From positions 160,001 through 224,000 of the IMG/VR virus record IMGVR_UViG_3300026549_000029: a stretch of DNA of 64,000 nucleotides. One strand, 5' to 3'. Below the pieces are notes generated by a model, which ran no database searches, was not told where the DNA came from, and saw nothing but the letters and a program-made list of their open reading frames with translations. Origin of the DNA: a virus (lineage: Duplodnaviria; Caudoviricetes). Positions 17,914 to 26,433 of the stretch are shown one piece after another; positions within the stretch are counted from its first letter, which is position 1; each line of letters begins with the position of its first letter. A program made the translations under genes and the position numbers.

Positions 17914-20793
17914 TTATCTGTAGTAAAATATAATTCTGAAATTATCAATGGTAAGAGGTTCTTTAGTGTAATAAATTGTATAATCATTATACTCTATAGA
18001 TGCCCATCCACTAAACTGTTCCAAACCAGAAAAGTCTTTAATAGAAATTAAAGGTTCAATAGATTTAGGAGTAGCAAAAACAAAATGTTCATCATTTGCA
18101 GTATAATAATAATTTGTACTTTGATTTAATACCGTAGCTTTATTCTTTTCTTGAGCAATTAATCCAGTTAGATCTGTAGGAATATCATGAGTTACACCAA
18201 AATAAAGTGTAATAGTTTCATTACTTCCTTCAGGAGCTAAAATCTGTCTCATAAGATCAAGAAGTTGAGCATTAGAATTAATAACAGTACCAGCAGGAAC
18301 TCCACCAACATCTACAGTTGTTGTAAATCCTGTTTCATAAGATGTCTTTTTATTAATAAAATCAGCAAGAGAATCATACTCCTCAGGTACTTCACCAATA
18401 AGATCAGTTACAGTTTTTCCATCAGGTAATTCTCCAATTTCATCTTTGACATCTTTAATATAATCTGCAATATTTTCATACTCATCAGGTAATTCACCAA
18501 CAATAGCAGTTACATACTCTGCTAATGAATTATATTCCTCGGGTACTTCACCTACAGAATTTTTAATGTCATCAAGATAATCAATTACAGAATTATACTT
18601 GCTAGGAACTTCACCAATCGTATCTTTGATAAAATCAACTACAGAGTCAGTACCATCAGGTAATTCTCCAATTTTATTGCTAATAGCATCTACATATTCA
18701 GATACAGAGTTATATTCATCAGGAAGATTACCAATAGTATTATTAATAAGGTCAACTACTGAAGTTGTACCATCAGGTAATTCTCCAATAAGATCAGTTA
18801 CAGAACTAACTCCATCAGGAAGATCACCAATCTTATCATTAACATAATCGGTTACAGATTTTCCATCTGGAACTTCACCAATAAGTTCAGTAACAGAATT
18901 TATACCATCTGGAAGATTACCGATAAGATCTGTTACAGATTTTCCATCTGGAACTTCACCAATAAGTTCAGTAACAGAATTTATACCATCTGGAAGATCT
19001 CCAATAAGATCGGTAATAGAATTTACCCCATCAGGTAAATTACCAATAAGATCCGTTACAGATTTTCCATCTGGCAATTCTCCAACTTTATTATCAATAA
19101 GATCAGTTACAGAACTAACTCCATCAGGTAATTCTCCAATAAGATCGGTAATAGAATTTACCCCATCAGGAAGTTCACCAATTTTATCATCAATATAATC
19201 TGCTACAGAATCATACCCATCTGGAAGATCTCCAACAGATTCTTCAATTTTCTTGTCTACATAAGATGCAACAGTTTCTCCATCTGGAAGACCAATAAGT
19301 TCTCTTACAACAGGAGCAACAATTTCAGTTTTATGTTCTTCAATATAGGTTTCTACATAAGTATTTACAAACTTAGTGATATCGATCGGATATACAATAG
19401 AAATATAAGTAGATTCGGTTGTCTCAATAGTAGTTTCATTATCATATGTATGAAGTTTTCTATACTGAGTTTGAACTTCAGGAGCAAATTCAAAGAATTC
19501 TCCATCTATTACATACTGAATTGCAGCACCATAATCAAGTTCACCAGTAGAAGAAATCCAGTCAGATATAATAGTTTCACCACTATAAGATTCAATATAC
19601 TTTATTCTTCTAAGAACACCAATCTTTCCATTATAGCTGGTAATATGATCAGCCACATACATTTCATCTTCAATGAAGAGATTAGGCTTAGCTGCAGTAT
19701 TTTTAGTAGGAACTGCTCTAAGAGTAATTGTCTCTGGAAGAATCAAAGTCTGATTGATATCTCTTATAGAAGAATAAACATCAATTCTAGAGAGTTCAAC
19801 ACTTTTAAATGTTTCTTTATCAGTATATCCAAAGATCTTCATATCAATAGGACCAATTACAGTTTCCTTCAATGTAGGATCTTTACCCATAAAGAAACTA
19901 GTTACTGCTACAGCAGATTTACCCAATGTCTGGGTAAACTCTTCTTCAGTTCCAGGATATCCTCCTTCAACTGCATATTCATATGCAGACTTACCAGGCT
20001 CACCCTGTTTTCCTTCAGGACCCACAGTAAGAGATCCAAGGTAATCATATCCTTTAACTTGTATAGGATCGGTATTGCCAGAGTCATCAATAAAACAACC
20101 ACAGCCACAATTGCAATTAGAATTACCATCCTCTTTTCTAACAAAAAGATATGTATCATCAAGCACAATAGCGACAAGTTTTCCAATAGGAACTTCACAT
20201 CTATCAGTTTCTGCTTCTATAATAGAATGAAATACTTTATAGATTTCTAAAGCTCCAGCTTCTCCAGTATCTCCTTTAGGTCCAATAAGACTAGTAAGCC
20301 ATTCTTCTTCAGTACCATTGAATCCAAGAGCTACAGCACATTCATATGCCGACATACCTTGAGATCCAACTGCAGCATTCCAAGTTATGCCATCTAAGCT
20401 ATATTGGAATACACCAACTTCATTTTCTCTAACTAATGTAATTCTTTGATCTTCATTGGATACAGAGCAAACAATATTTTCTACAACACTAGTAGAAGAT
20501 ATCACATTAATATCAAGAATTTGACTTGGCTGAACATAAATAACTTCTCCAGAATATTCAGAAGAACCATCGATTTGAATGTAAGCAGTGGTGCCAACTG
20601 CTCCAAGAGAAGAATTGAAATTGCATCCAATTTTAGTTACAATACCAATAATTGAAAATCTTTCTCCGTTCTTCTTATAAGTGCAAGAGACAGTATCTTC
20701 ATGTTTAACAGTTACAGTTTTAATTATATCATTATCAAAAGAGAGTGTAAATCTGATCTGTGGGATGATTGTATATGAACTATCTAAAAGCAT
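17914..20793 (-). CDS. Collagen-motif and IGELPDG-repeat structural protein (959 aa)
   Basis: Two G.SAYE.AV..G..GTEEE(W/F) motifs with G-X-Y triplets; more than 20 IGELPDG-type repeats; late motif at 20827-20838. Confidence 0.7.
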   Translation of the reverse strand: MLLDSSYTIIPQIRFTLSFDNDIIKTVTVKHEDTVSCTYKKNGERFSIIGIVTKIGCNFNSSLGAVGTTAYIQIDGSSEYSGEVIYVQPSQILDINVISSTSVVENIVCSVSNEDQRITLVRENEVGVFQYSLDGITWNAAVGSQGMSAYECAVALGFNGTEEEWLTSLIGPKGDTGEAGALEIYKVFHSIIEAETDRCEVPIGKLVAIVLDDTYLFVRKEDGNSNCNCGCGCFIDDSGNTDPIQVKGYDYLGSLTVGPEGKQGEPGKSAYEYAVEGGYPGTEEEFTQTLGKSAVAVTSFFMGKDPTLKETVIGPIDMKIFGYTDKETFKSVELSRIDVYSSIRDINQTLILPETITLRAVPTKNTAAKPNLFIEDEMYVADHITSYNGKIGVLRRIKYIESYSGETIISDWISSTGELDYGAAIQYVIDGEFFEFAPEVQTQYRKLHTYDNETTIETTESTYISIVYPIDITKFVNTYVETYIEEHKTEIVAPVVRELIGLPDGETVASYVDKKIEESVGDLPDGYDSVADYIDDKIGELPDGVNSITDLIGELPDGVSSVTDLIDNKVGELPDGKSVTDLIGNLPDGVNSITDLIGDLPDGINSVTELIGEVPDGKSVTDLIGNLPDGINSVTELIGEVPDGKSVTDYVNDKIGDLPDGVSSVTDLIGELPDGTTSVVDLINNTIGNLPDEYNSVSEYVDAISNKIGELPDGTDSVVDFIKDTIGEVPSKYNSVIDYLDDIKNSVGEVPEEYNSLAEYVTAIVGELPDEYENIADYIKDVKDEIGELPDGKTVTDLIGEVPEEYDSLADFINKKTSYETGFTTTVDVGGVPAGTVINSNAQLLDLMRQILAPEGSNETITLYFGVTHDIPTDLTGLIAQEKNKATVLNQSTNYYYTANDEHFVFATPKSIEPLISIKDFSGLEQFSGWASIEYNDYTIYYTKEPLTIDNFRIIFYYR
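18360..19300 (-). repeat. Tandem 13-21 aa coding repeat (IG(E/D/N)(L/V)P(D/E)G..SV.D)
   Basis: Visible in both translation and DNA. Confidence 0.85.
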
Positions 20794-20840
20794 TTTATAT
20801 ACACCATACCTTTCACTTAGTTTGATTACTATTAAGTTTC

Positions 20841-20893
20841 AATAAAAAATACAGAAGAAACCCAGTAGGGAAGGCTCCTACTGGGTCTTCTGT
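20841..20893 (-). terminator. Intrinsic terminator, minus-strand oriented
   Basis: ACAGAAGA(aa)CCCAGTAGG-7 nt loop-CCTACTGGGTCTTCTGT; the U-tract (AUUUUUUAUU) occurs only on the minus strand. Confidence 0.85.
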
Positions 20894-21105
20894 CAAAAAA
20901 TAACGAAAGGAGGTTTAGTCATGAACAACAAATAACAAGCATACAATAAATCAGAAAGGATAACGACAAGTTATGAAACACAGGAGAAAAGCATGAAACC
21001 CAACACACGCAAAATAACAAAAAGGAGGTATATATGATTGTGGAAATCACATTATTGAAAAATGCATAATTAAAGGAAATGGGCAGTAATTACACATTCT
21101 CATTT
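20841..21105 (-). ncRNA. Candidate small RNA built of antisense RBS + start-codon units
   Basis: AACA-N6-TA promoter at 21116-21105 and terminator at 20893-20841. U/C-rich, with 4-5 CAU...CCUCC/UCCUUU units. No RBS-led ORF on this strand. Confidence 0.6.
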
Positions 21106-21116
21106 ATTTATATGTT
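21105..21116 (-). promoter_or_regulatory. Late-type promoter (exact AACA-N6-TA)
   Basis: AACA TATAAA TA immediately after the stop codon of ORF 21118-22308. Confidence 0.55.
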
Positions 21117-21117
21117 A

Positions 21118-22308
21118 TTACTGTCGATTATTAAGATTTAAAATGCATTTTTTAAGATTATTTAAAAATCCATCATAGAATTTCTTAGATTTCTCATCTA
21201 AAGAATCATACATCAATCCTTTAGGATTTATTCTATCAAGAAGAATGATGTTCTTAATAAAATAATACATAAAACTATGTTCTTCTATATTATCTGGAGA
21301 ATAGTTCATACAATATTTACAAAATGCTAAACATAATTTCATATTAGATTTACTATCTCCAATAATATGTCTATCTAATACTACAGGACAATATTGAATA
21401 TCATTAATATTATTATTATGCTTTAAATATTTAGCATTAAAAGAAAGAAATACTTTTTTAGGTTTTTCTAAATCAAACTTCTTAATTTTTACATGCTTAC
21501 AATACTCAGAAAAATTAGTTAAATTATAAGCCTCATCAATAACACTTTTAATTTTCTCTAATTTCTCAACAGCTTCTTCTTTACCTTCTGCTTTACATCT
21601 AGCAATAGCAGCATCAATTTCCTTTTTTCTTTCTTCATCAAAAGACATTAAAATATTACCAAATTCTTTTGATGTTTCATTCTGAAGTTTCTGAAAATCT
21701 TGATCAAATCCAGCAAGCATAGTATCTAAGTCTATATAAGCATTTTTCTTTTCCCATTCTTTTGCTAATTCTCCAATAAGTAAATTAGCAGCATAATTAA
21801 GTCTGGTTTTATTTCCAAGAAATGCTAATGCTGGTCCATCATCAGAAGATTTTCTAACAATATCAAGTGCTGATTCTTTTAGAAAACTAGGAAGTTCATC
21901 ATAACTAATTTTTTCACCATTAAATTTTTTCTTAATGATATTATTTAAAATATTTATCTCTTCTAAATCAGTAAGTTCAGATTCTACAGTTCTAGGAAGA
22001 ATATTCTTAATTTCATCAAAAGTAAGAGAAACTTCTTCTCCACCAGTGAATCTATTAAAATGTAAATCTGATAATACTTTAGTATTTGTACTAGCAGTAT
22101 CTGCTGTTATATCTCCAGTAATAGGATTATATATACCGGTAGTAGATATAGGAGATTCAGTAGTATTAATATCTAACTCTTTTAAGTCTGCATAACTTGT
22201 ACTTCCATCTTCATTTTCTACTATACCTTTAGCAGATTCTAAAAGATTATTGTAAAGCTCATCTACTTTATTATTGTCTATATTATTCATTTTAAATATC
22301 TTCTCCAC
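21118..22308 (-). CDS. Hypothetical protein (396 aa)
   Basis: Long helical ORF; the true start may be MNNID at ~22290 (GGAG upstream). Confidence 0.75.
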   Translation of the reverse strand: MEKIFKMNNIDNNKVDELYNNLLESAKGIVENEDGSTSYADLKELDINTTESPISTTGIYNPITGDITADTASTNTKVLSDLHFNRFTGGEEVSLTFDEIKNILPRTVESELTDLEEINILNNIIKKKFNGEKISYDELPSFLKESALDIVRKSSDDGPALAFLGNKTRLNYAANLLIGELAKEWEKKNAYIDLDTMLAGFDQDFQKLQNETSKEFGNILMSFDEERKKEIDAAIARCKAEGKEEAVEKLEKIKSVIDEAYNLTNFSEYCKHVKIKKFDLEKPKKVFLSFNAKYLKHNNNINDIQYCPVVLDRHIIGDSKSNMKLCLAFCKYCMNYSPDNIEEHSFMYYFIKNIILLDRINPKGLMYDSLDEKSKKFYDGFLNNLKKCILNLNNRQ

Positions 22309-22507
22309 TATTAATTACTTCATTTTCAGGTTTAGCAATAGGCTTATACGATATACAATTACATCTAGGGCATTTTGCCCAAATTTTATCATAATATTTT
22401 CTAAATGGTTCTCTATCCGAATAAATATTTGTTCTATAAATCATAGCACATGATAAGCAAACAAATCTTTCTTCTATATCATGTTGTTTAAGCCTATCTT
22501 CAGTCAT
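22292..22507 (-). CDS. Small zinc-ribbon protein
   Basis: CLSC...CPRC. Confidence 0.65.
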   Translation of the reverse strand: MTEDRLKQHDIEERFVCLSCAMIYRTNIYSDREPFRKYYDKIWAKCPRCNCISYKPIAKPENEVINSGEDI

Positions 22508-22518
22508 TTTCTTTTACT

Positions 22519-23307
22519 CTAATCTCCCAAAGCCTCAATTTCACTTCCTAATTGTTGTAAATTTAATTTAATTAATGTAAGAATGTCTGCTGCTTCTTTA
22601 CCAAATATAAATGATTCATAATACTTTCTAAAAAACATTCCAGTTGTATCAGTAATAATACTAGCAATATAATTGCCAATATCTATATTAGATCCAGAAT
22701 AGACAGTGCTTAAAATAGTATATAGATTAATATCAAAATTACTAATTTGATCAATTACATATTCAAGATTACAATGAATACCAGCTAAGCTAGGATCTTT
22801 AAATAATTTTTTAGAATAAATATAAGTAGTTTCATTAATTTTATCCATTTCTGATAAATTTAATGCCAAATCAATAGATTTTCTTTCTCTAATTAAATAT
22901 AAAGTATAAAAATTAATTAATGAAGATGTAAAATTAGATACAAATGTATCATATAACCAATATGCAGCAGAGAATATATCTGTATCATCATTTTGAATAA
23001 ATGCAAAATCATAATAATTACAAATAATATTTATAATGTTATTATAAACTCTAGTTCTTGTAGATAGAATTTCATCTGTATTAGATGTAAATCCATCGGT
23101 TAATTCTTTAAAAGTAATTTCAAAAGCATTAACTATATTAGGTCTAGGAAGATCATATAACCTAAATCTGTTATTAATGGAATCCTTAACTATATCTAAA
23201 ATATAGTCATCACTAAACCGAGATAGAATCCCAGCAAGTTGATTATCTATATTTACATTAGTTATAGCAGGATTATATTGGAATGGAACCCCATTAAATT
23301 CTGTCAT
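22519..23307 (-). CDS. Hypothetical protein
   Basis: 262 aa; AAGGAG RBS; late motif at 23338-23349. Confidence 0.75.
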   Translation of the reverse strand: MTEFNGVPFQYNPAITNVNIDNQLAGILSRFSDDYILDIVKDSINNRFRLYDLPRPNIVNAFEITFKELTDGFTSNTDEILSTRTRVYNNIINIICNYYDFAFIQNDDTDIFSAAYWLYDTFVSNFTSSLINFYTLYLIRERKSIDLALNLSEMDKINETTYIYSKKLFKDPSLAGIHCNLEYVIDQISNFDINLYTILSTVYSGSNIDIGNYIASIITDTTGMFFRKYYESFIFGKEAADILTLIKLNLQQLGSEIEALGD

Positions 23308-23406
23308 AATTAATTCTCCTTATTACAAATTAATTTTTATAAAAAAGTACAATAAAATGTAATAATTAAAAATATAAATATATCTATTTATAAATATTTT
23401 TAGATA

Positions 23407-23426
23407 GATATTATAATAATGAAACT
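23407..23426 (+). promoter_or_regulatory. Early-type promoter
   Basis: ATATTATAATAATGAAACT, identical to 58730-58748. Confidence 0.65.
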
Positions 23427-23461
23427 GTGGGTAATATTACTATTTAGGAGGAATAGTGACC

Positions 23462-23506
23462 ATGAAAAAATTCAATAAGAGTAATAAAAGGAGGTTTAAT
23501 TTATGA
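23462..23506 (+). CDS. 14-aa leader peptide coupled to the next gene
   Basis: AGGAGG at 23446-51; MKKFNKSNKRRFNL*; ATGA overlap with ATG 23503. Confidence 0.5.
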   Translation: MKKFNKSNKRRFNL

Positions 23507-24711
23507 TTGGAGAAGAACGATCAAAAAATTTTTGGAGAATAAGAGATAAAAATATAAAAAGAGAAAAAAGAAAAGAAATGCTAAAGAGATTAAAAGATAA
23601 CTTTATTTTGATCTCTTTGACAGCAAGTTCCATAATAGCATTGCTGATAGTTATTGGATTTGGATTTAAAGCAAATCCAAAAACAGCTGTCAATGGTACC
23701 ACTATAAAAAAAGAACCAATTAAAATTGTGATGGTCAACAATAGTAAATATGTCAATGAATCTATTCCTACTAAAACTTTAGGAATAGATTATTCTAAAA
23801 GGGTGCAGTATCAGAGTTTAACATTTAGAAATATTAATGCTAGAAAGAGTCCAGATGTCAATTCAGACATTGTATCTGAAATTCCTCAAAATACATTTGT
23901 AGATGTATTGGAGGATAAGGGGGATTGGATTAAAATATTACATGATGGTTCTCCTGCATATGTAAAGTCAGATTATGTGGGAACTATTATGGAATATAAA
24001 AAATTTAATTCCATTGATAAAAAGACATTTACTAATGTAAATGTTAGAACTGGACCATCTGAAGATTCTGAATCTGCATTTGTATTAGATGCTGGAACAG
24101 ATGTAGATTTTATAAAAGAGGAAAATGGATGGTCTGAAATTCTTTATAATGACCAGACATATTATATTAAGTCTGATTATATAGGAGATGAAGATGATTA
24201 TAAGGAGTATCAAGCTAATCTTGATAAAACTCCTTATAGTAACTATTTGGTTGAGAAATATAAATTCAGTAAGGATTTACAGAAATATACATATGATCTC
24301 TGTAGAGAATTCTATCCTGCTGATCCAGAACATTATTATGCTCTCTTATTGGGAATGATGCAACAAGAGAGTGACTTTGGGAGAGAAAGATCCAACTACA
24401 ACAAAAATGGTAGTAGGGATTTAGGAATCTTACAAGTTAATAGTTGCAATTGGAAAGAGCTTAAAAAGAAAGGATTAATAAGCTCTTATGATATGTCAAC
24501 CTTAACTTGTGATGAATTGCAGTATAATGATTATATAAACATTCGTGCTGCAATGGATGAAATAAATATTTGTGTTAATAACCATGGTATCTCTGAAAAT
24601 GCTTACTGGTCATATAATACTGGTAAGCATAAAAAGAAAGGTACCAATAAAAATTCCCATAAAGTATGGAAATACTATGGGGAATGGTGCAACAGATTAT
24701 ACCAGGAATAA
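23503..24711 (+). CDS. Membrane-anchored SH3b x2 + SLT-type lytic transglycosylase
   Basis: N-terminal TM helix; two NVR.GP...W..I......Y+KSDY+ SH3b domains; MQQES, DLGILQVNS and SYN SLT motifs. Confidence 0.85.
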   Translation: MIGEERSKNFWRIRDKNIKREKRKEMLKRLKDNFILISLTASSIIALLIVIGFGFKANPKTAVNGTTIKKEPIKIVMVNNSKYVNESIPTKTLGIDYSKRVQYQSLTFRNINARKSPDVNSDIVSEIPQNTFVDVLEDKGDWIKILHDGSPAYVKSDYVGTIMEYKKFNSIDKKTFTNVNVRTGPSEDSESAFVLDAGTDVDFIKEENGWSEILYNDQTYYIKSDYIGDEDDYKEYQANLDKTPYSNYLVEKYKFSKDLQKYTYDLCREFYPADPEHYYALLLGMMQQESDFGRERSNYNKNGSRDLGILQVNSCNWKELKKKGLISSYDMSTLTCDELQYNDYINIRAAMDEINICVNNHGISENAYWSYNTGKHKKKGTNKNSHKVWKYYGEWCNRLYQE

Positions 24712-24756
24712 TATTCCTGCTATAAAATAAAACTTGATAAAAAGGAGAAAACAAAA

Positions 24757-25143
24757 ATGGCAAATGAGAAAAAGGATAATAAAATTAAGTGTTTATTTGC
24801 ACAGTGTATGGAGGATAATTTTTGTAATAATTGTAAAAAACATTGCGATGGAGCATTTAAACCAAATGGACATAATGCATTATATATGGATGCATCTGCC
24901 ATGTGTGGAATGGTAACTGGAAAGATTCCGGAGGTTTTTTATGTTAATTCTGAGCAGGCTGAAGGGTTAATAAAAGAAAGTAAAGCAGTGTATGCTTCAA
25001 TTAAAATTCCAATGGATGAGATCAGTAAGTATATTTGTGATGATGGACCAGATAAAGGTAAAGTTTATAAGATTCAATTATTCTTTGTAGTTCATAATAA
25101 CCCTGATACTTCTTCTAATAATGAAGATAAGGAGGTATTATGA
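24757..25143 (+). CDS. Cys-rich hypothetical protein
   Basis: AAAGGAG RBS; Cys cluster at the N-terminus. Confidence 0.7.
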   Translation: MANEKKDNKIKCLFAQCMEDNFCNNCKKHCDGAFKPNGHNALYMDASAMCGMVTGKIPEVFYVNSEQAEGLIKESKAVYASIKIPMDEISKYICDDGPDKGKVYKIQLFFVVHNNPDTSSNNEDKEVL

Positions 25144-25580
25144 ATTGCTATGTTCCAAAGAATGAAACAGATGTATGGGACTTGATATATAAAAATAGAC
25201 TCTATGAAGAGCTATTTTTATATCGGGCTGAAGCTGGATGCAGTATCTGTGAAAATGCATCTAATTGTAAGCCTACAGAAAATAATGAAGCATGTGAGGA
25301 TTGTTTAAATAATCCGCACAATGTTGTATCGAATTTTTCCATAAGTAGAATAACAGCTGCAAAGCTGCTAGAGCCTATGAGAAAAATTCAAAAGAGGAAC
25401 CATTTACTTTCTCTTATTATAGGAAAAGAAGGTTGCCCTCTTTGCTCTAGAAAAGACTGGACAGGGCTTATGGCAGCTTACTTCTTTGATGGTAATGGAA
25501 ATACCAGGTTTGGAGAAGTAAATGCTATGTTCTGTCCAATCTGCGGGAAAGAATATAACTATAATAAGAAAGCTGATTAA
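25140..25580 (+). CDS. Zinc-binding hypothetical protein
   Basis: AAGGAGG RBS; ATGA overlap; CxxC x4 including FCPICG. Confidence 0.75.
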   Translation: MNCYVPKNETDVWDLIYKNRLYEELFLYRAEAGCSICENASNCKPTENNEACEDCLNNPHNVVSNFSISRITAAKLLEPMRKIQKRNHLLSLIIGKEGCPLCSRKDWTGLMAAYFFDGNGNTRFGEVNAMFCPICGKEYNYNKKAD

Positions 25581-25590
25581 AAAAAAATGT

Positions 25591-25614
25591 GGGGGTAGGT
25601 TTATACCTATCCCC
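25591..25614. terminator. Bidirectional terminator
   Basis: GGGGGTAGGT-ttat-ACCTATCCCC flanked by A- and T-runs, between convergent genes. Confidence 0.75.
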
Positions 25615-25627
25615 TATTTATTTTTTC

Positions 25628-26338
25628 TTAAAATTCTTTTAGATTATCATCAAATTCTTCTACAGTACCAATAGATACTAATCTATCTAAACTAACTTCA
25701 TTATCCGTATCTTCATTATCTTTTATATCATCACTAGTATCTCTGGGTCTAAATAATTTTTCATAATCATAATTATCATATCCTTCTTTATCAGCACCAA
25801 GTTTCTTAATAAATTCTCTATATTCATTTTCTTCTTCTTCTAATTCTTTAATATTCTTTTCTATATGCTCTATATATAAATTCAATAGTACTACATCTAT
25901 CATTTTATTAGTTCTAATAGTTTCAGAGAATACTTTTTGTTTAGATTCAAATGTAGGAAAATATGGAAATTTATATAAATAAGTAAGAGGATTTTCTAAT
26001 GTAGTATTAGGAATATATTCTATATGCTCTTCATAATCTCTAGAAAAAGAATTTTCTAGAGAAGCTTTAGCCATATCTTTAAAAAGATCTGGAGAAGTAG
26101 TATTATTTTTTAATATGTTTTTAACAAATTCATTTCTTTTTATATATTCTGAAACACATGATACAAAAGAAGGTGAATTAGCAATTCTATGAAAATTTTC
26201 TTCCATAATTTTAGCTTTAACCTTTTTATATCTAAAAAATTCTTCTATCAATAATATAAGGACTCCAAGAATAATACCAAGAATAAGATAAAGAGGATTA
26301 AAATTAGAATAATTAGCATCCATATATAATAAGTCCAT
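25628..26338 (-). CDS. Membrane-anchored hypothetical protein
   Basis: N-terminal hydrophobic helix; AAGGAG RBS. Confidence 0.7.
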   Translation of the reverse strand: MDLLYMDANYSNFNPLYLILGIILGVLILLIEEFFRYKKVKAKIMEENFHRIANSPSFVSCVSEYIKRNEFVKNILKNNTTSPDLFKDMAKASLENSFSRDYEEHIEYIPNTTLENPLTYLYKFPYFPTFESKQKVFSETIRTNKMIDVVLLNLYIEHIEKNIKELEEEENEYREFIKKLGADKEGYDNYDYEKLFRPRDTSDDIKDNEDTDNEVSLDRLVSIGTVEEFDDNLKEF

Positions 26339-26394
26339 AAAGATTCTCCTTTATATTATTTTTTATATAGATATTAATCATAAAATAAAAATTT

Positions 26395-26406
26395 AACACA
26401 CCAATA
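26395..26406 (+). promoter_or_regulatory. Late-type promoter of terL
   Basis: AACA CACCAA TA, 27 nt before the ATG. Confidence 0.6.
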
Positions 26407-26433
26407 ATTTAGTATATATAAAGGATGTAATAT

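Noticed and set aside
20894-21105. RBS array as a CRISPR mini-array or decayed gene
   Set aside because: No constant direct repeat beyond the SD core. A single decayed gene would not leave four correctly spaced SD-ATG pairs in 130 nt.
23496-23756. Minus-strand hydrophobic ORF
   Set aside because: Antisense shadow of the Lys/Arg-rich start of the SH3-SLT gene
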